A stretch of DNA of 64,000 bases, taken from NCBI GenBank assembly GCA_963701665.1, contig OY969622.1, positions 672,001 to 736,000 of the forward strand, read 5' to 3'. Origin of the DNA: Candidatus Babeliales bacterium. Lineage in GTDB: Bacteria; Babelota; Babeliae; Babelales; JANWKD01. The position numbers and the translations under genes were made by a program. The notes beneath the pieces were generated by a model, which saw nothing but the letters and a program-made list of their open reading frames with translations, had not been told where the DNA came from and did no database searches. Shown here piece after piece: positions 55,313 through 64,000 of this stretch (position 1 is its first letter; each line of letters begins with the position of its first letter).

Positions 55313-56746
55313 ATGTATATTCAATTTATCATTTCATTTGCCGTTTATCTGACTATTGTTTTAGCAATAGGCCTTGTTGCTGCACGCGCTGCTGCTAGCA
55401 AAAATAAACACTCGCCTGACTTTTTATTGGGTGGACGCTCGACTCACTGGTTTTTAACCGCGCTTTCAGCGCACGCTGCTGACATGAGCGATTGGCTTTT
55501 TATGGGGTTACCTGCCGCAATATATCTTCAAGGCGGTTATCAAATATGGATTCCTATCGGATTATTAGTAGGTATGTTTTGCGTGTGGCACTTTATTGCA
55601 AAGCGATTACGCATTTCCTCAGCCTACTATCGAGGCGTCACTCTCGCTTCCTATTTTCAAGAACGATTTAACGATAGATCAGGTATTATAATTGTCATAT
55701 GTGCCTTAATTTCATGTTTCTTTTTTTCTATCTATCTTTCCGTAGGATTAAAAGGAATTGGGTATGTATTAAAATCAGCATTTAACCTTGATTATCATCT
55801 TGGTACGTTGTTTGCTGTGCTGGTTGTTTTGACGTATACCGTTCTAGGTGGGTTTATCTCCGTTGCATGGATTGATCTCTTTCAAGGAATTTTTTTATTA
55901 ATAATGCTTATGATTGTACCTATTGTCGGTTTTTTTTCTGTAGGCGGCTTTTCAGCAATTTTCAATGCTGCACAGCAAAAAGCGATTTCATTATCCCTTA
56001 TTCCTGATTTTTCATTGCATACAATGCTCTCAATTCTTTTGAACCCTTTTGCATGGTGTCTGGGCTATTTTGGCATGCCGCATGTATTAACAAAGTTCAT
56101 GGGCACTGAAAATGCAGAGGATCTTCATAAAGCAAAATATGTTGGCATAACATGGCAACTATTAGCAACATCCGCTGCTGTAGGTGTCGGGTTAGTTGGT
56201 ATCGCATATTTTATGCAGGGCGTACCTGGCAAACCAGAATTCATTTTCATTGAAATGACAAAGCAGTTATTTAATCCATGGTTTGCTGGCATTGTATTGT
56301 GCGCAATTTTGGCAGCAACTATTTCTACCGTGGATTCACAACTTTTAGTACTCGCCAGCATTATTGCCCACGATTTTTATAAAAATATTTTTTGCAAACG
56401 CGCGACTCAAAAACAGGTTATGTGGGTCTACCGCGCGTCATTAATTGTTACCGCGTGTATAGGCTATGCAATCGCGTGGGATGAACATAGCACCATCATG
56501 TCATTAGTGAAATATGCCTGGTCTGGCCTTGGCGCCTCGTTCGGACCCCTTATGATTCTTTCACTCTATTCAACGAGTATTAATAAATACGGTGCCATTG
56601 CAGGCATTCTTGCAGGCGCTTTTGTGGCTGCAACATGGGATTTGATAAATCCTTATGTTACGAGCATGCCTGTTTACTCAATCGTTCCAGGGTTTATTAT
56701 AGGTCTCATAACTATTTATACCGTGTCATTGGCAACAAAAGAGTAA
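55313..56746 (+). CDS. putP: Sodium:proline symporter
   Basis: FLLGGR, ALSAHAADMS.WLFMGLP, LGYFGMPH, AA.ISTVDSQLL, AWSGLGASFGP. Confidence 0.92.
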   Translation: MYIQFIISFAVYLTIVLAIGLVAARAAASKNKHSPDFLLGGRSTHWFLTALSAHAADMSDWLFMGLPAAIYLQGGYQIWIPIGLLVGMFCVWHFIAKRLRISSAYYRGVTLASYFQERFNDRSGIIIVICALISCFFFSIYLSVGLKGIGYVLKSAFNLDYHLGTLFAVLVVLTYTVLGGFISVAWIDLFQGIFLLIMLMIVPIVGFFSVGGFSAIFNAAQQKAISLSLIPDFSLHTMLSILLNPFAWCLGYFGMPHVLTKFMGTENAEDLHKAKYVGITWQLLATSAAVGVGLVGIAYFMQGVPGKPEFIFIEMTKQLFNPWFAGIVLCAILAATISTVDSQLLVLASIIAHDFYKNIFCKRATQKQVMWVYRASLIVTACIGYAIAWDEHSTIMSLVKYAWSGLGASFGPLMILSLYSTSINKYGAIAGILAGAFVAATWDLINPYVTSMPVYSIVPGFIIGLITIYTVSLATKE

Positions 56747-56866
56747 ATTCTTAGCCCACAACACAAAAATATAGGTTGACACTCTTTTGCTTTATTTTAT
56801 AATAGTAAATATATAGCAACTGCTAGTATGGGTATATTGTGGTATAAAATTAGGGGACAATTCTAT

Positions 56867-57841
56867 ATGAAAATAGGTAAATTTCTAATGCTTTCTGTTG
56901 CCTTTCTCTCTTTTTTAAGCTGTTTTGGCATGCAAGAAAAAAAAGAAATAACCGTTCCGGGAATTTCTAAAAATATATCTTGCATGAAGGCTACTGATTA
57001 TTTTAGTTCAAAAAGGAGCAGCTCAAGGGCTTTAGATCTTATAGAAAAGAAATCATATTGGGATAAGCTGCAAGATGCCGCTGTATCGTCTATGGGATTT
57101 GGCGTACTTCTTGCAGGAATATATGCTATTGCCATTCCATTAGAACGAAGACATCTTATATCATTTGAACAGCTTAAACATACTGATGGAGATCTTGCCA
57201 AACATATCGAAAAAGTTGCTAAGGCAGTTAATATTGATCCATCTTGCATAGAATATAATCTTTCTGGTAGAGAATTTGCTGCCGTGAGTCCAACAATTTA
57301 TCCTAAAATTTTGAATCTTGACCCTGCAGGACTTAAAAAGATAACCAATGACATGGCGTCATTTTGTATCGCGCACGAGTTAATACATATTAAAAAATAT
57401 CATATCGCTAAAAATCTTATATTTTGCTTGATGGCGCCGGTTACGGATTTACATCTTGAACTTGCAGGTAAATACTATTCAAAATTTGTTGACCGATCTA
57501 TATTTTCTCTTCAAAAAAAATTTGGTTATGAAAATAATTGGTTAATCAATCACTTTCGCAGTTTTCATAATTCAGTTGCAACTTCACAAATTACCCATTT
57601 CTTAATTCAAGCTTATATATGGAAAAAAATGATGACATCTTTTGAAAAAGAAGCGGATATTGAAGCGGCGATAGCATTAAAAAGCGCCAAAGGTGGAATG
57701 GATTTATTTGCTTCAATAGTACGTACCCCTTCAAACTTTTTTATGGGATTCTATAATAAATTTATTGACCCTCACCCTGCAAATTACGATAGATATATGT
57801 ATCTACTTCGACTTCAAAAACAATTCGATGTACAAAAATAA
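56867..57841 (+). CDS. Exported M48-family metallopeptidase
   Basis: Start 56867; signal peptide ending CFG-M; HELIH, EKEAD, HP...R. Confidence 0.82.
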   Translation: MKIGKFLMLSVAFLSFLSCFGMQEKKEITVPGISKNISCMKATDYFSSKRSSSRALDLIEKKSYWDKLQDAAVSSMGFGVLLAGIYAIAIPLERRHLISFEQLKHTDGDLAKHIEKVAKAVNIDPSCIEYNLSGREFAAVSPTIYPKILNLDPAGLKKITNDMASFCIAHELIHIKKYHIAKNLIFCLMAPVTDLHLELAGKYYSKFVDRSIFSLQKKFGYENNWLINHFRSFHNSVATSQITHFLIQAYIWKKMMTSFEKEADIEAAIALKSAKGGMDLFASIVRTPSNFFMGFYNKFIDPHPANYDRYMYLLRLQKQFDVQK

Positions 57842-57860
57842 AATTTATAAAATTGTTTAA

Positions 57861-58757
57861 TTACGATCGAGGGTGTTTTTTATCATACACATGCCGCAAA
57901 TAACTAACCTCAACATGCGTATAAATTTGTACGGTAGAAATATTCTCATGACCCAAAAGCATTTGAAGCGAGCGCAAATGGGCACCATTTTTAAGCAAAT
58001 GGGTAGCTAAAGAATGGCGAAGCGTGTGCGGGGAAATTGCTTTTTGAATGGTTGTCTTTTTGCAAAGATCTTTTAAAACTTGCCAAAATGATTGGCGCGT
58101 GATTGGTTTAATTGCACTCGCATATAACGTGGGAAACAGATAATCGGTTTGCCCGTGCGCTTCAATAAATTTTTTATGCACCGATTCCAAATACGCGCGT
58201 ATCATATCAAGCGTAGGAGTAGGAAGTGGAATCACTCGTCCTTTTCCGCCTTTACCATGCACTTCGAGAATGCCTGTGTCAAAGTGAATATTTGAAATAA
58301 TCAATGAAACCAATTCTGTAATGCGCAAACCCGTAACATATAAAAGATACAGCATAACTTTATTGCGAATGCCAATATCAGAAGTATCGCCATCAGCAGC
58401 TTGCAACAATTCCTGTATTTCGTGTTCAGTAAGAAAATTGGGTAATTTTTTTTCCAATTTAGGGAAAGTAAGGTCTTGTGCGTGATCTGGCCATTGTAAG
58501 GTGGTATGCGCCCACGAGAAAAAATTTTTTATTGCCGATATTTTGCGCGACATGCTAGTCGCTGATATTTTTTGCTTTTTAAGCATTGCTAAAAATGATA
58601 TAAGCATATCGTGTGTAGCAGTTTGTAATATCCGTTGTTCTTGATGCAAAAACTGCTCTAATTGCCGCATATCATTCATATAGGCTTGGGATGTATTGCG
58701 CGCAACACAACGCTCGGTGAGTAAATATGCTTGATAGTGAGAAAGTATTTTATCCAT
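57861..58757 (-). CDS. xerD: Tyrosine recombinase XerD
   Basis: LYVTGLRITEL, GKGGK, TRQSFW, SPHTLRHS.ATHLL, LGH..ISTVQIY, HPR. Confidence 0.9.
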   Translation of the reverse strand: MDKILSHYQAYLLTERCVARNTSQAYMNDMRQLEQFLHQEQRILQTATHDMLISFLAMLKKQKISATSMSRKISAIKNFFSWAHTTLQWPDHAQDLTFPKLEKKLPNFLTEHEIQELLQAADGDTSDIGIRNKVMLYLLYVTGLRITELVSLIISNIHFDTGILEVHGKGGKGRVIPLPTPTLDMIRAYLESVHKKFIEAHGQTDYLFPTLYASAIKPITRQSFWQVLKDLCKKTTIQKAISPHTLRHSLATHLLKNGAHLRSLQMLLGHENISTVQIYTHVEVSYLRHVYDKKHPRS

Positions 58758-58902
58758 ATAATGCTCGTAAGAATTGTTATCTAACGTAGCTATATTACCA
58801 TAAAACTATACATAAAAAGCAAGCTCATGAAACTTGCCAAAGAAAGAGGAATGAAGTAGAAATTGAATACAATCTTATTCACTTTAAAAAAAAGGATTTT
58901 TC

Positions 58903-59382
58903 ATGAAAAAATCGCTCGTCTTTTATACACTTTTCTTAGTTATTGGCTCATCATATGGCATGGGAAAAAATCATTCAGGCACCATGAGTTTATCAGCAAA
59001 TGCACGTTCAATCTGTAATGGTATAGATGAAGTTTGTCCTAGACCTCTAGAGTCAATTCTCTGTGCCTGGGGATGGAATGATGTTACTTCCAATCATGGT
59101 CTTTTTAATGCATCAAGTTTAAGAGATCCTCAAGTAACCGGTGCCATAGTTGGAGGTATGATTGGTTCAGCAATCCGTGCAACAATTACTGATGCATCAT
59201 TGGATAAGACGTCACCTCTTATCAGACCAATTGTTAATGTAGCAGCGAAACATCCATTTTTAGTGGCTTACACAGGACTTCATGCATGGTACCGTTGGAA
59301 TGAAATAAAAAGTAACCCTTGGCCATTTATAGGAGAAACTAGCCTTATAGCGCTCCATTTATATAATGAAAGTAATTATTAA
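58903..59382 (+). CDS. Exported hypothetical protein
   Basis: Signal peptide ending SYG-M; Gly-zipper-like GAIVGGMIG. Confidence 0.7.
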   Translation: MKKSLVFYTLFLVIGSSYGMGKNHSGTMSLSANARSICNGIDEVCPRPLESILCAWGWNDVTSNHGLFNASSLRDPQVTGAIVGGMIGSAIRATITDASLDKTSPLIRPIVNVAAKHPFLVAYTGLHAWYRWNEIKSNPWPFIGETSLIALHLYNESNY

Positions 59383-59397
59383 CATACTGATAATACA

Positions 59398-59421
59398 AAA
59401 GCCGCAGTAACCTGCGGCTTT
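59398..59421. terminator. Bidirectional intrinsic terminator
   Basis: aaagccgcag-taac-ctgcggcttt between convergent genes. Confidence 0.8.
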
Positions 59422-59427
59422 CATTTT

Positions 59428-60849
59428 TTAATATGCTTTTGCAATAAGAATATCTGATTGAGAAGTATCATCACAATTAAAGCAGTGTGCAAAAGTAACT
59501 TCATCGAGTAAACAACGAATAGTTGCTTTGAACTGTTTTACTTTTTCTTCACAAGAAGCTTTGCGGCACCAACCGGTTTGATAAAAACCACCATGTTCTT
59601 CTAATGTTGGCCCAAATTCTTGTAGCTTTGCACCCGAGTGCCATTGTTTCTTAAGTCTTTCTTCTGCCCGTTTATACATTTCAGTATGCAAAAGTTGTAG
59701 CCGTCCCTGAACAACTTCGATGATATTTGCTAGAGGAACCATTTCTTTTGCAAGCCCTAATCGATCTGCAACAACCACCGTGCCATTCGCAACATCACGA
59801 GGCCCTATTTCAATACGTACAGGAACCCCTCTTAATTCCCAGTGAAAGAATTTTTCTCCGGGGCGTTTATGTTCATCTTCGTCAACAACAACGCGAGCAA
59901 CCGTTTTTAATCGTTGTGCAACATTTTGTACCGTAGCAAGCAACGTTTTTTTATCTTCATCAGTTTTGAAAATAGGTATAATAACTACTTGAATAGGCGC
60001 AACTTTTGGTGGCAGCACCAAGCCTTTTTGATCACCATGAACCATAACGAGTGCGCCAATGGAACGCGTGGTGAAACCCCAGCTGGTTAAATACGGATGA
60101 TCAAGGCCTCCGTCGCGCGTTTGAAACGTAATGCCGAACGCTTTTGAAAACGAGCGGGAAATAATGTGAGACGTACACATTTGCAATGCTTTACCGTCTT
60201 GCATTAATGCTTCTATGGTCAAGGTGACATCAGCACCCGCAAATTTTTCACTTTCTGATTTTTTGCCCGCAATAGCAGGAATGGCAAGATAATTCTTAAT
60301 AACATCCAAATATTCACTGAGCATTAAACGCGCTTCATCTTCAGCTTCTTGTTCAGTTTCATGGGCAGTATGACCTTCTTGCCATAAAAACTCTGTCGTA
60401 CGCAAAAATGGACGCGTACGCATTTCCCAGCGCACAACATTGCCCCATTGATTTATTTTCAATGGTAAATCTCGCCACGAGGTAATCCACTTAGCAAACA
60501 TATAATGGATAATGGTTTCAGAAGTAGGTCGTACAACGAGTGGCTCTTCTAATTCCTTGCCCCCACCGAAGGTAACGATCGCTAATTCTGGCGAAAAACC
60601 CTCGACATGCTTTTTTTCTTTTTCAAGGAATGATTTTGGAATAAAAATGGGAAAATAAGCATTTTGATGGCCGGTATCTTTTATTTTTTTATCAAGAATA
60701 TCACGGATATTTTCCCATAAGGCATACCCGTAAGGGCAAATAACCATGCAGCCACGCACGGGAGATTGATCCGCTAATTGTGCTTCATACACAACATCTT
60801 GATACCATTCAGGAAATTGGGTAGTAATATCAGAAAGTTTTTTGTTCAT
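59428..60849 (-). CDS. proS: Proline-tRNA ligase, archaeal/eukaryotic type
   Basis: RPTSET, FLRTTEFLWQEGHT, TSWG; C-terminal AKAY; no editing insertion. Confidence 0.96.
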   Translation of the reverse strand: MNKKLSDITTQFPEWYQDVVYEAQLADQSPVRGCMVICPYGYALWENIRDILDKKIKDTGHQNAYFPIFIPKSFLEKEKKHVEGFSPELAIVTFGGGKELEEPLVVRPTSETIIHYMFAKWITSWRDLPLKINQWGNVVRWEMRTRPFLRTTEFLWQEGHTAHETEQEAEDEARLMLSEYLDVIKNYLAIPAIAGKKSESEKFAGADVTLTIEALMQDGKALQMCTSHIISRSFSKAFGITFQTRDGGLDHPYLTSWGFTTRSIGALVMVHGDQKGLVLPPKVAPIQVVIIPIFKTDEDKKTLLATVQNVAQRLKTVARVVVDEDEHKRPGEKFFHWELRGVPVRIEIGPRDVANGTVVVADRLGLAKEMVPLANIIEVVQGRLQLLHTEMYKRAEERLKKQWHSGAKLQEFGPTLEEHGGFYQTGWCRKASCEEKVKQFKATIRCLLDEVTFAHCFNCDDTSQSDILIAKAY

Positions 60850-60925
60850 CGCTCGAGCATTTTTAATGATTTGTTACGCTATCGTATTAAAAATAGCGTA
60901 TATTTTTGATATTGTAAAAAATGCT

Positions 60926-62332
60926 TTAAGCTATGTCACACCGCTTTTCAACTTTTTTACTGGCCGTTTCATAATAAAACCGCTCTTCGGCTAGTTCTTC
61001 GGGGGTCTTAGTAGATGTGGCTTCTGGGACAACATCAACAAACTGCTTAGCAGATAATGGTGTTAAAGGTTTTTTTTCTTCGCCTGATGAAATATCAATT
61101 GCATCACCATCTTCTGTTACAAAATAATCATCTGAAAATTCTCCGGAATCTTTAGCTGCTTTAGCGGCTTTTCCCTTTTTTAAATCTAACAATTCCTGAC
61201 AAGAATTTGATTTGTTAAGTCTTGTTGTTTTTGGTGTTCTTATCAATGAACCTGGCGCACTCCAAGAAGGTATCGAGGGTTTACTCTTTTTTTTTGTTGA
61301 ATATTTTCTCAAAGGCGATGGCAACCTTGATGCATTGCGAGGGGTCTCCCGCGTACCATTATCATCAAATAAATCTTGCCTATCTTTTTCTTCACTTACA
61401 TCAAACGCTCGTTTGCCCCCTTCAAAACCTCGTTTGTTATCTAAACTGTGCGGGGTATTTGTGGCGGACGTTCGCGCTGAAGAGTCGTCTGGCGTTGTCG
61501 CTGACGTACGCGTGCTGGCAGTAAGACTCTCCATATCCGAAGAACTTGATGAAGAATCTTCTTCTGAAGTTTCAGTTGAATCTGAGTTGTGTCTTGTAGG
61601 TCTTGTAGTTGTTCGTTCATGTAATCTTTGTAATGTCGCCTGTCCAGGTATTTTAATCCCAGCATTTATTCGAGCCCGTTTATTACGAATTGGCGAAGCT
61701 GCTTCTGTTTCATCAGGGAGCCAGATACGCGGAACAATAGAAGGTCGTACAGGTACTGATGCCCTCTTGTATGGCTGAGATATTTTTCCAATCTGTTTTA
61801 GTTTTGTATTAACCTGTTGGGATTTAACAGCAGCACTTATAGCAAGCCTTTGACATACAGCAGTGTCCTTTTTTATTTCTATATGTTCCTTCTGCATTTC
61901 ATCTAAAGACAAATTAATCTTTTTTAAAACAGAATATATTTGCTTCATTTGACGGCTCTCGGCCATTCTATCTTCTGAGTTTTCTTCTTCATCCTGATTT
62001 CGGGCTTGCCATGATGCAAGACGCTCGTTAATCTGTCGAATATCCACTCGCATTGCAGTTACTTCTTGAGAGACAGGTTCGGAGGATCGAGAAGATTTCC
62101 TAAATAGAAAATTCCATGTGCCTTTAGTAATTGAAATACATTTATCGAAAGCGGCAATGCCGACGAGCACACAAACTGTTTTTTTCCAAACATCAAGATC
62201 GTTAAATTGTGCAGCATATTCTTTACATGAAGCGACGCATGAATCAACAAGCCATGAAAAAGAATACCCTTGAGCATTGTGGTTATGAGATAATAGTAGT
62301 AAAGATAACATTATAAGATTAAATCTTTTCAT
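60926..62332 (-). CDS. Exported protein with coiled coil and long disordered S/T/R/K-rich tail
   Basis: Signal peptide; low-complexity composition. Confidence 0.75.
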   Translation of the reverse strand: MKRFNLIMLSLLLLSHNHNAQGYSFSWLVDSCVASCKEYAAQFNDLDVWKKTVCVLVGIAAFDKCISITKGTWNFLFRKSSRSSEPVSQEVTAMRVDIRQINERLASWQARNQDEEENSEDRMAESRQMKQIYSVLKKINLSLDEMQKEHIEIKKDTAVCQRLAISAAVKSQQVNTKLKQIGKISQPYKRASVPVRPSIVPRIWLPDETEAASPIRNKRARINAGIKIPGQATLQRLHERTTTRPTRHNSDSTETSEEDSSSSSSDMESLTASTRTSATTPDDSSARTSATNTPHSLDNKRGFEGGKRAFDVSEEKDRQDLFDDNGTRETPRNASRLPSPLRKYSTKKKSKPSIPSWSAPGSLIRTPKTTRLNKSNSCQELLDLKKGKAAKAAKDSGEFSDDYFVTEDGDAIDISSGEEKKPLTPLSAKQFVDVVPEATSTKTPEELAEERFYYETASKKVEKRCDIA

Positions 62333-62418
62333 TGCGTATGCTCCACATAAGATTTGTTAACGTCTGCTTACGAGCCTAGTCAATTTATTCCATACGGCGC
62401 AATATTATGAATCAAAAA

Positions 62419-63216
62419 TCATTTTTTTACAGAACGTGAACGCGTTACTTTTTTAGTACGAGCAAGGCTTGCGTGCAACGATTCAACGAGTGAACCGTGC
62501 GCTTTTTTCTTAACAGTTTTAGGAGAAACGAGCTTTTTTCTGCCATGTTTGCTCAAAAATGTTTTAAGCCGCAGTGCAAATGTATCTTTGAATTGTTTCA
62601 TATCAAATGTTTTTTTTGTAAGTCGATCAATAAGTTCAATCGCTAATGATACTTCTTGTGTAGTTATTTTTGGTATGTCGTCTAAAGTTTCAATATTGTT
62701 AATATCATTGATTTCATACGAATAGTTCAATGTGGTTAATAACAATGCATGTTTGTAGGGAGAAATAATACATACATGTTCTTTATCTTTCATCACAAAT
62801 GTACCAACCGCCGCTTTCTGCGTCTTATTAAGAGCCGCTGCAAACAGAAAATATGCTTTTTCTTTGTGCTTTTTTGGCGCAATATAATAATGTTTTTCAA
62901 AATAAATGGGATTTATGAGAGCAACATCAACGAACTCGATGATTGTTAATGCTTCTGTTGTTAACGGTTTTAAGGCTTTTAAATTTTCTTGCGTCAATAC
63001 AAAATAGGTATCGCCTTTAAGTTTAAGCCCTTTAACAACATTCTCCCACGCAACTTCTTTTTTGCAATGATTACACCACCGTTTATAGGAAATGGGAGTG
63101 TTGCAAGTACTACATAATAAGGTAAAACCTAATGGATGCGCTTTAACAGCTGTATAAAGTGCAATAGGAATATTAACTAATCCAAAAGAAATGGAACCTT
63201 GCCACACTGCTTTCAT
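62419..63216 (-). CDS. ku: NHEJ protein Ku
   Basis: MKAVWQGSISFGLVNIP; I.EFV...I.PIYF..YY..P; basic C-terminal tail. Confidence 0.95.
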   Translation of the reverse strand: MKAVWQGSISFGLVNIPIALYTAVKAHPLGFTLLCSTCNTPISYKRWCNHCKKEVAWENVVKGLKLKGDTYFVLTQENLKALKPLTTEALTIIEFVDVALINPIYFEKHYYIAPKKHKEKAYFLFAAALNKTQKAAVGTFVMKDKEHVCIISPYKHALLLTTLNYSYEINDINNIETLDDIPKITTQEVSLAIELIDRLTKKTFDMKQFKDTFALRLKTFLSKHGRKKLVSPKTVKKKAHGSLVESLHASLARTKKVTRSRSVKK

Positions 63217-63278
63217 GATACTCCTCTGTTATCTTATAAAAGATGTATCACGAACTAATCATGTAAGGCAAGAATACG

Positions 63279-64000
63279 TTATTCGTACCGTTCTAAGCGC
63301 GCAAGGCCACTGCGTTTGCTTTTTTCAAAGCAATAATAAAAAAAAGCAAGCGACAAGCCAAAATAAATAATGCTCAGAAAAAAACCTTTCATGAGCAAAT
63401 GTGTTGGCATGATTCCTGTTTCAATATATGCTCTAATACCGTCAAATAAATAAGGTTGTGGTAAACAATAAGCAATTCTCTGCGCATAAGTCGGCAATAC
63501 AGAAATAGGAAAGAAAATACCGCTTAATGGCACAAATCCCCAAACGACAACCCACATTAAACCTTCTACGTGTTGACCCCAGCTTATAATACATGATGCT
63601 GTCAAAAACCCAACGCTCCAACCAACAACAATAATCAACAATAAGAACGGTATCAAATGCCATCCGAGTGATATAATCTGCAATGCATATAAAAGCCAAA
63701 TACAGAAAGCTCCAAAAGCAAAGGTAAAGAAGGATTTCAGAAAACCGATCCCAATAACGGCAAGCATCCATTCGGGTAACGTAAGTGGTGTAGAAAATAC
63801 ATTACAAAAATTATTGGACCGTAACTCATCAAGTAAGCTGTAACATACTTCCATATTGGCGCGGAATAAAATTTGCCATAATAATAATGCTGTCAAAAGC
63901 ATGAACGTGACTTTTGGGGATTCAGACTGCTGATGCCAAAGACTATTGCAACCCCATAAAATTATATTCAACAAGGGCCAATATACAATATCAATTGTTC
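63279..64000 (-). CDS. ABC-2 type transporter permease (5' end beyond the window)
   Basis: Frame open to the window edge (TIDIVYWPLL); SGIFFPISVLP...IAYCLP..Y.FDGIR. Confidence 0.85.
   Translation of the reverse strand, partial: TIDIVYWPLLNIILWGCNSLWHQQSESPKVTFMLLTALLLWQILFRANMEVCYSLLDELRSNNFCNVFSTPLTLPEWMLAVIGIGFLKSFFTFAFGAFCIWLLYALQIISLGWHLIPFLLLIIVVGWSVGFLTASCIISWGQHVEGLMWVVVWGFVPLSGIFFPISVLPTYAQRIAYCLPQPYLFDGIRAYIETGIMPTHLLMKGFFLSIIYFGLSLAFFYYCFEKSKRSGLARLERYE

Overview
AT-rich bacterial chromosome segment. The gene set (many signal-peptide proteins with eukaryote-like ankyrin, WD40, F-box-like and DOT1-like domains, archaeal/eukaryotic-type ProRS) suggests an intracellular parasite of protists, most likely Dependentiae/TM6 (inference). 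Housekeeping genes: pgk, a LolC/E-type permease, rpiB, pepA, ftsW, murD, ileS, lnt, rplI, dnaB, ruvC, recF, dnaN, putP, xerD, proS. Also present: split NHEJ genes (LigD PE, LigD POL, Ku), two TA pairs, three minor pilins, two thioredoxin reductase-thioredoxin fusions and a degenerate FtsH paralog. Signals outside the ORF track: (1) a ~93-nt minus-strand sRNA candidate with an exposed anti-Shine-Dalgarno/anti-AUG segment; (2) 11 exported proteins whose predicted mature chain starts with Met; (3) a five-copy palindromic repeat family, one copy of which supplies the start codon and ~44 N-terminal residues of lnt, and another carries nested hairpins; (4) an Ile-codon leader peptide overlapping a terminator upstream of ileS; (5) a dif site about 3 kb from recF-dnaN, with no dnaA nearby. 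No rRNA, tRNA or CRISPR array was recognised.
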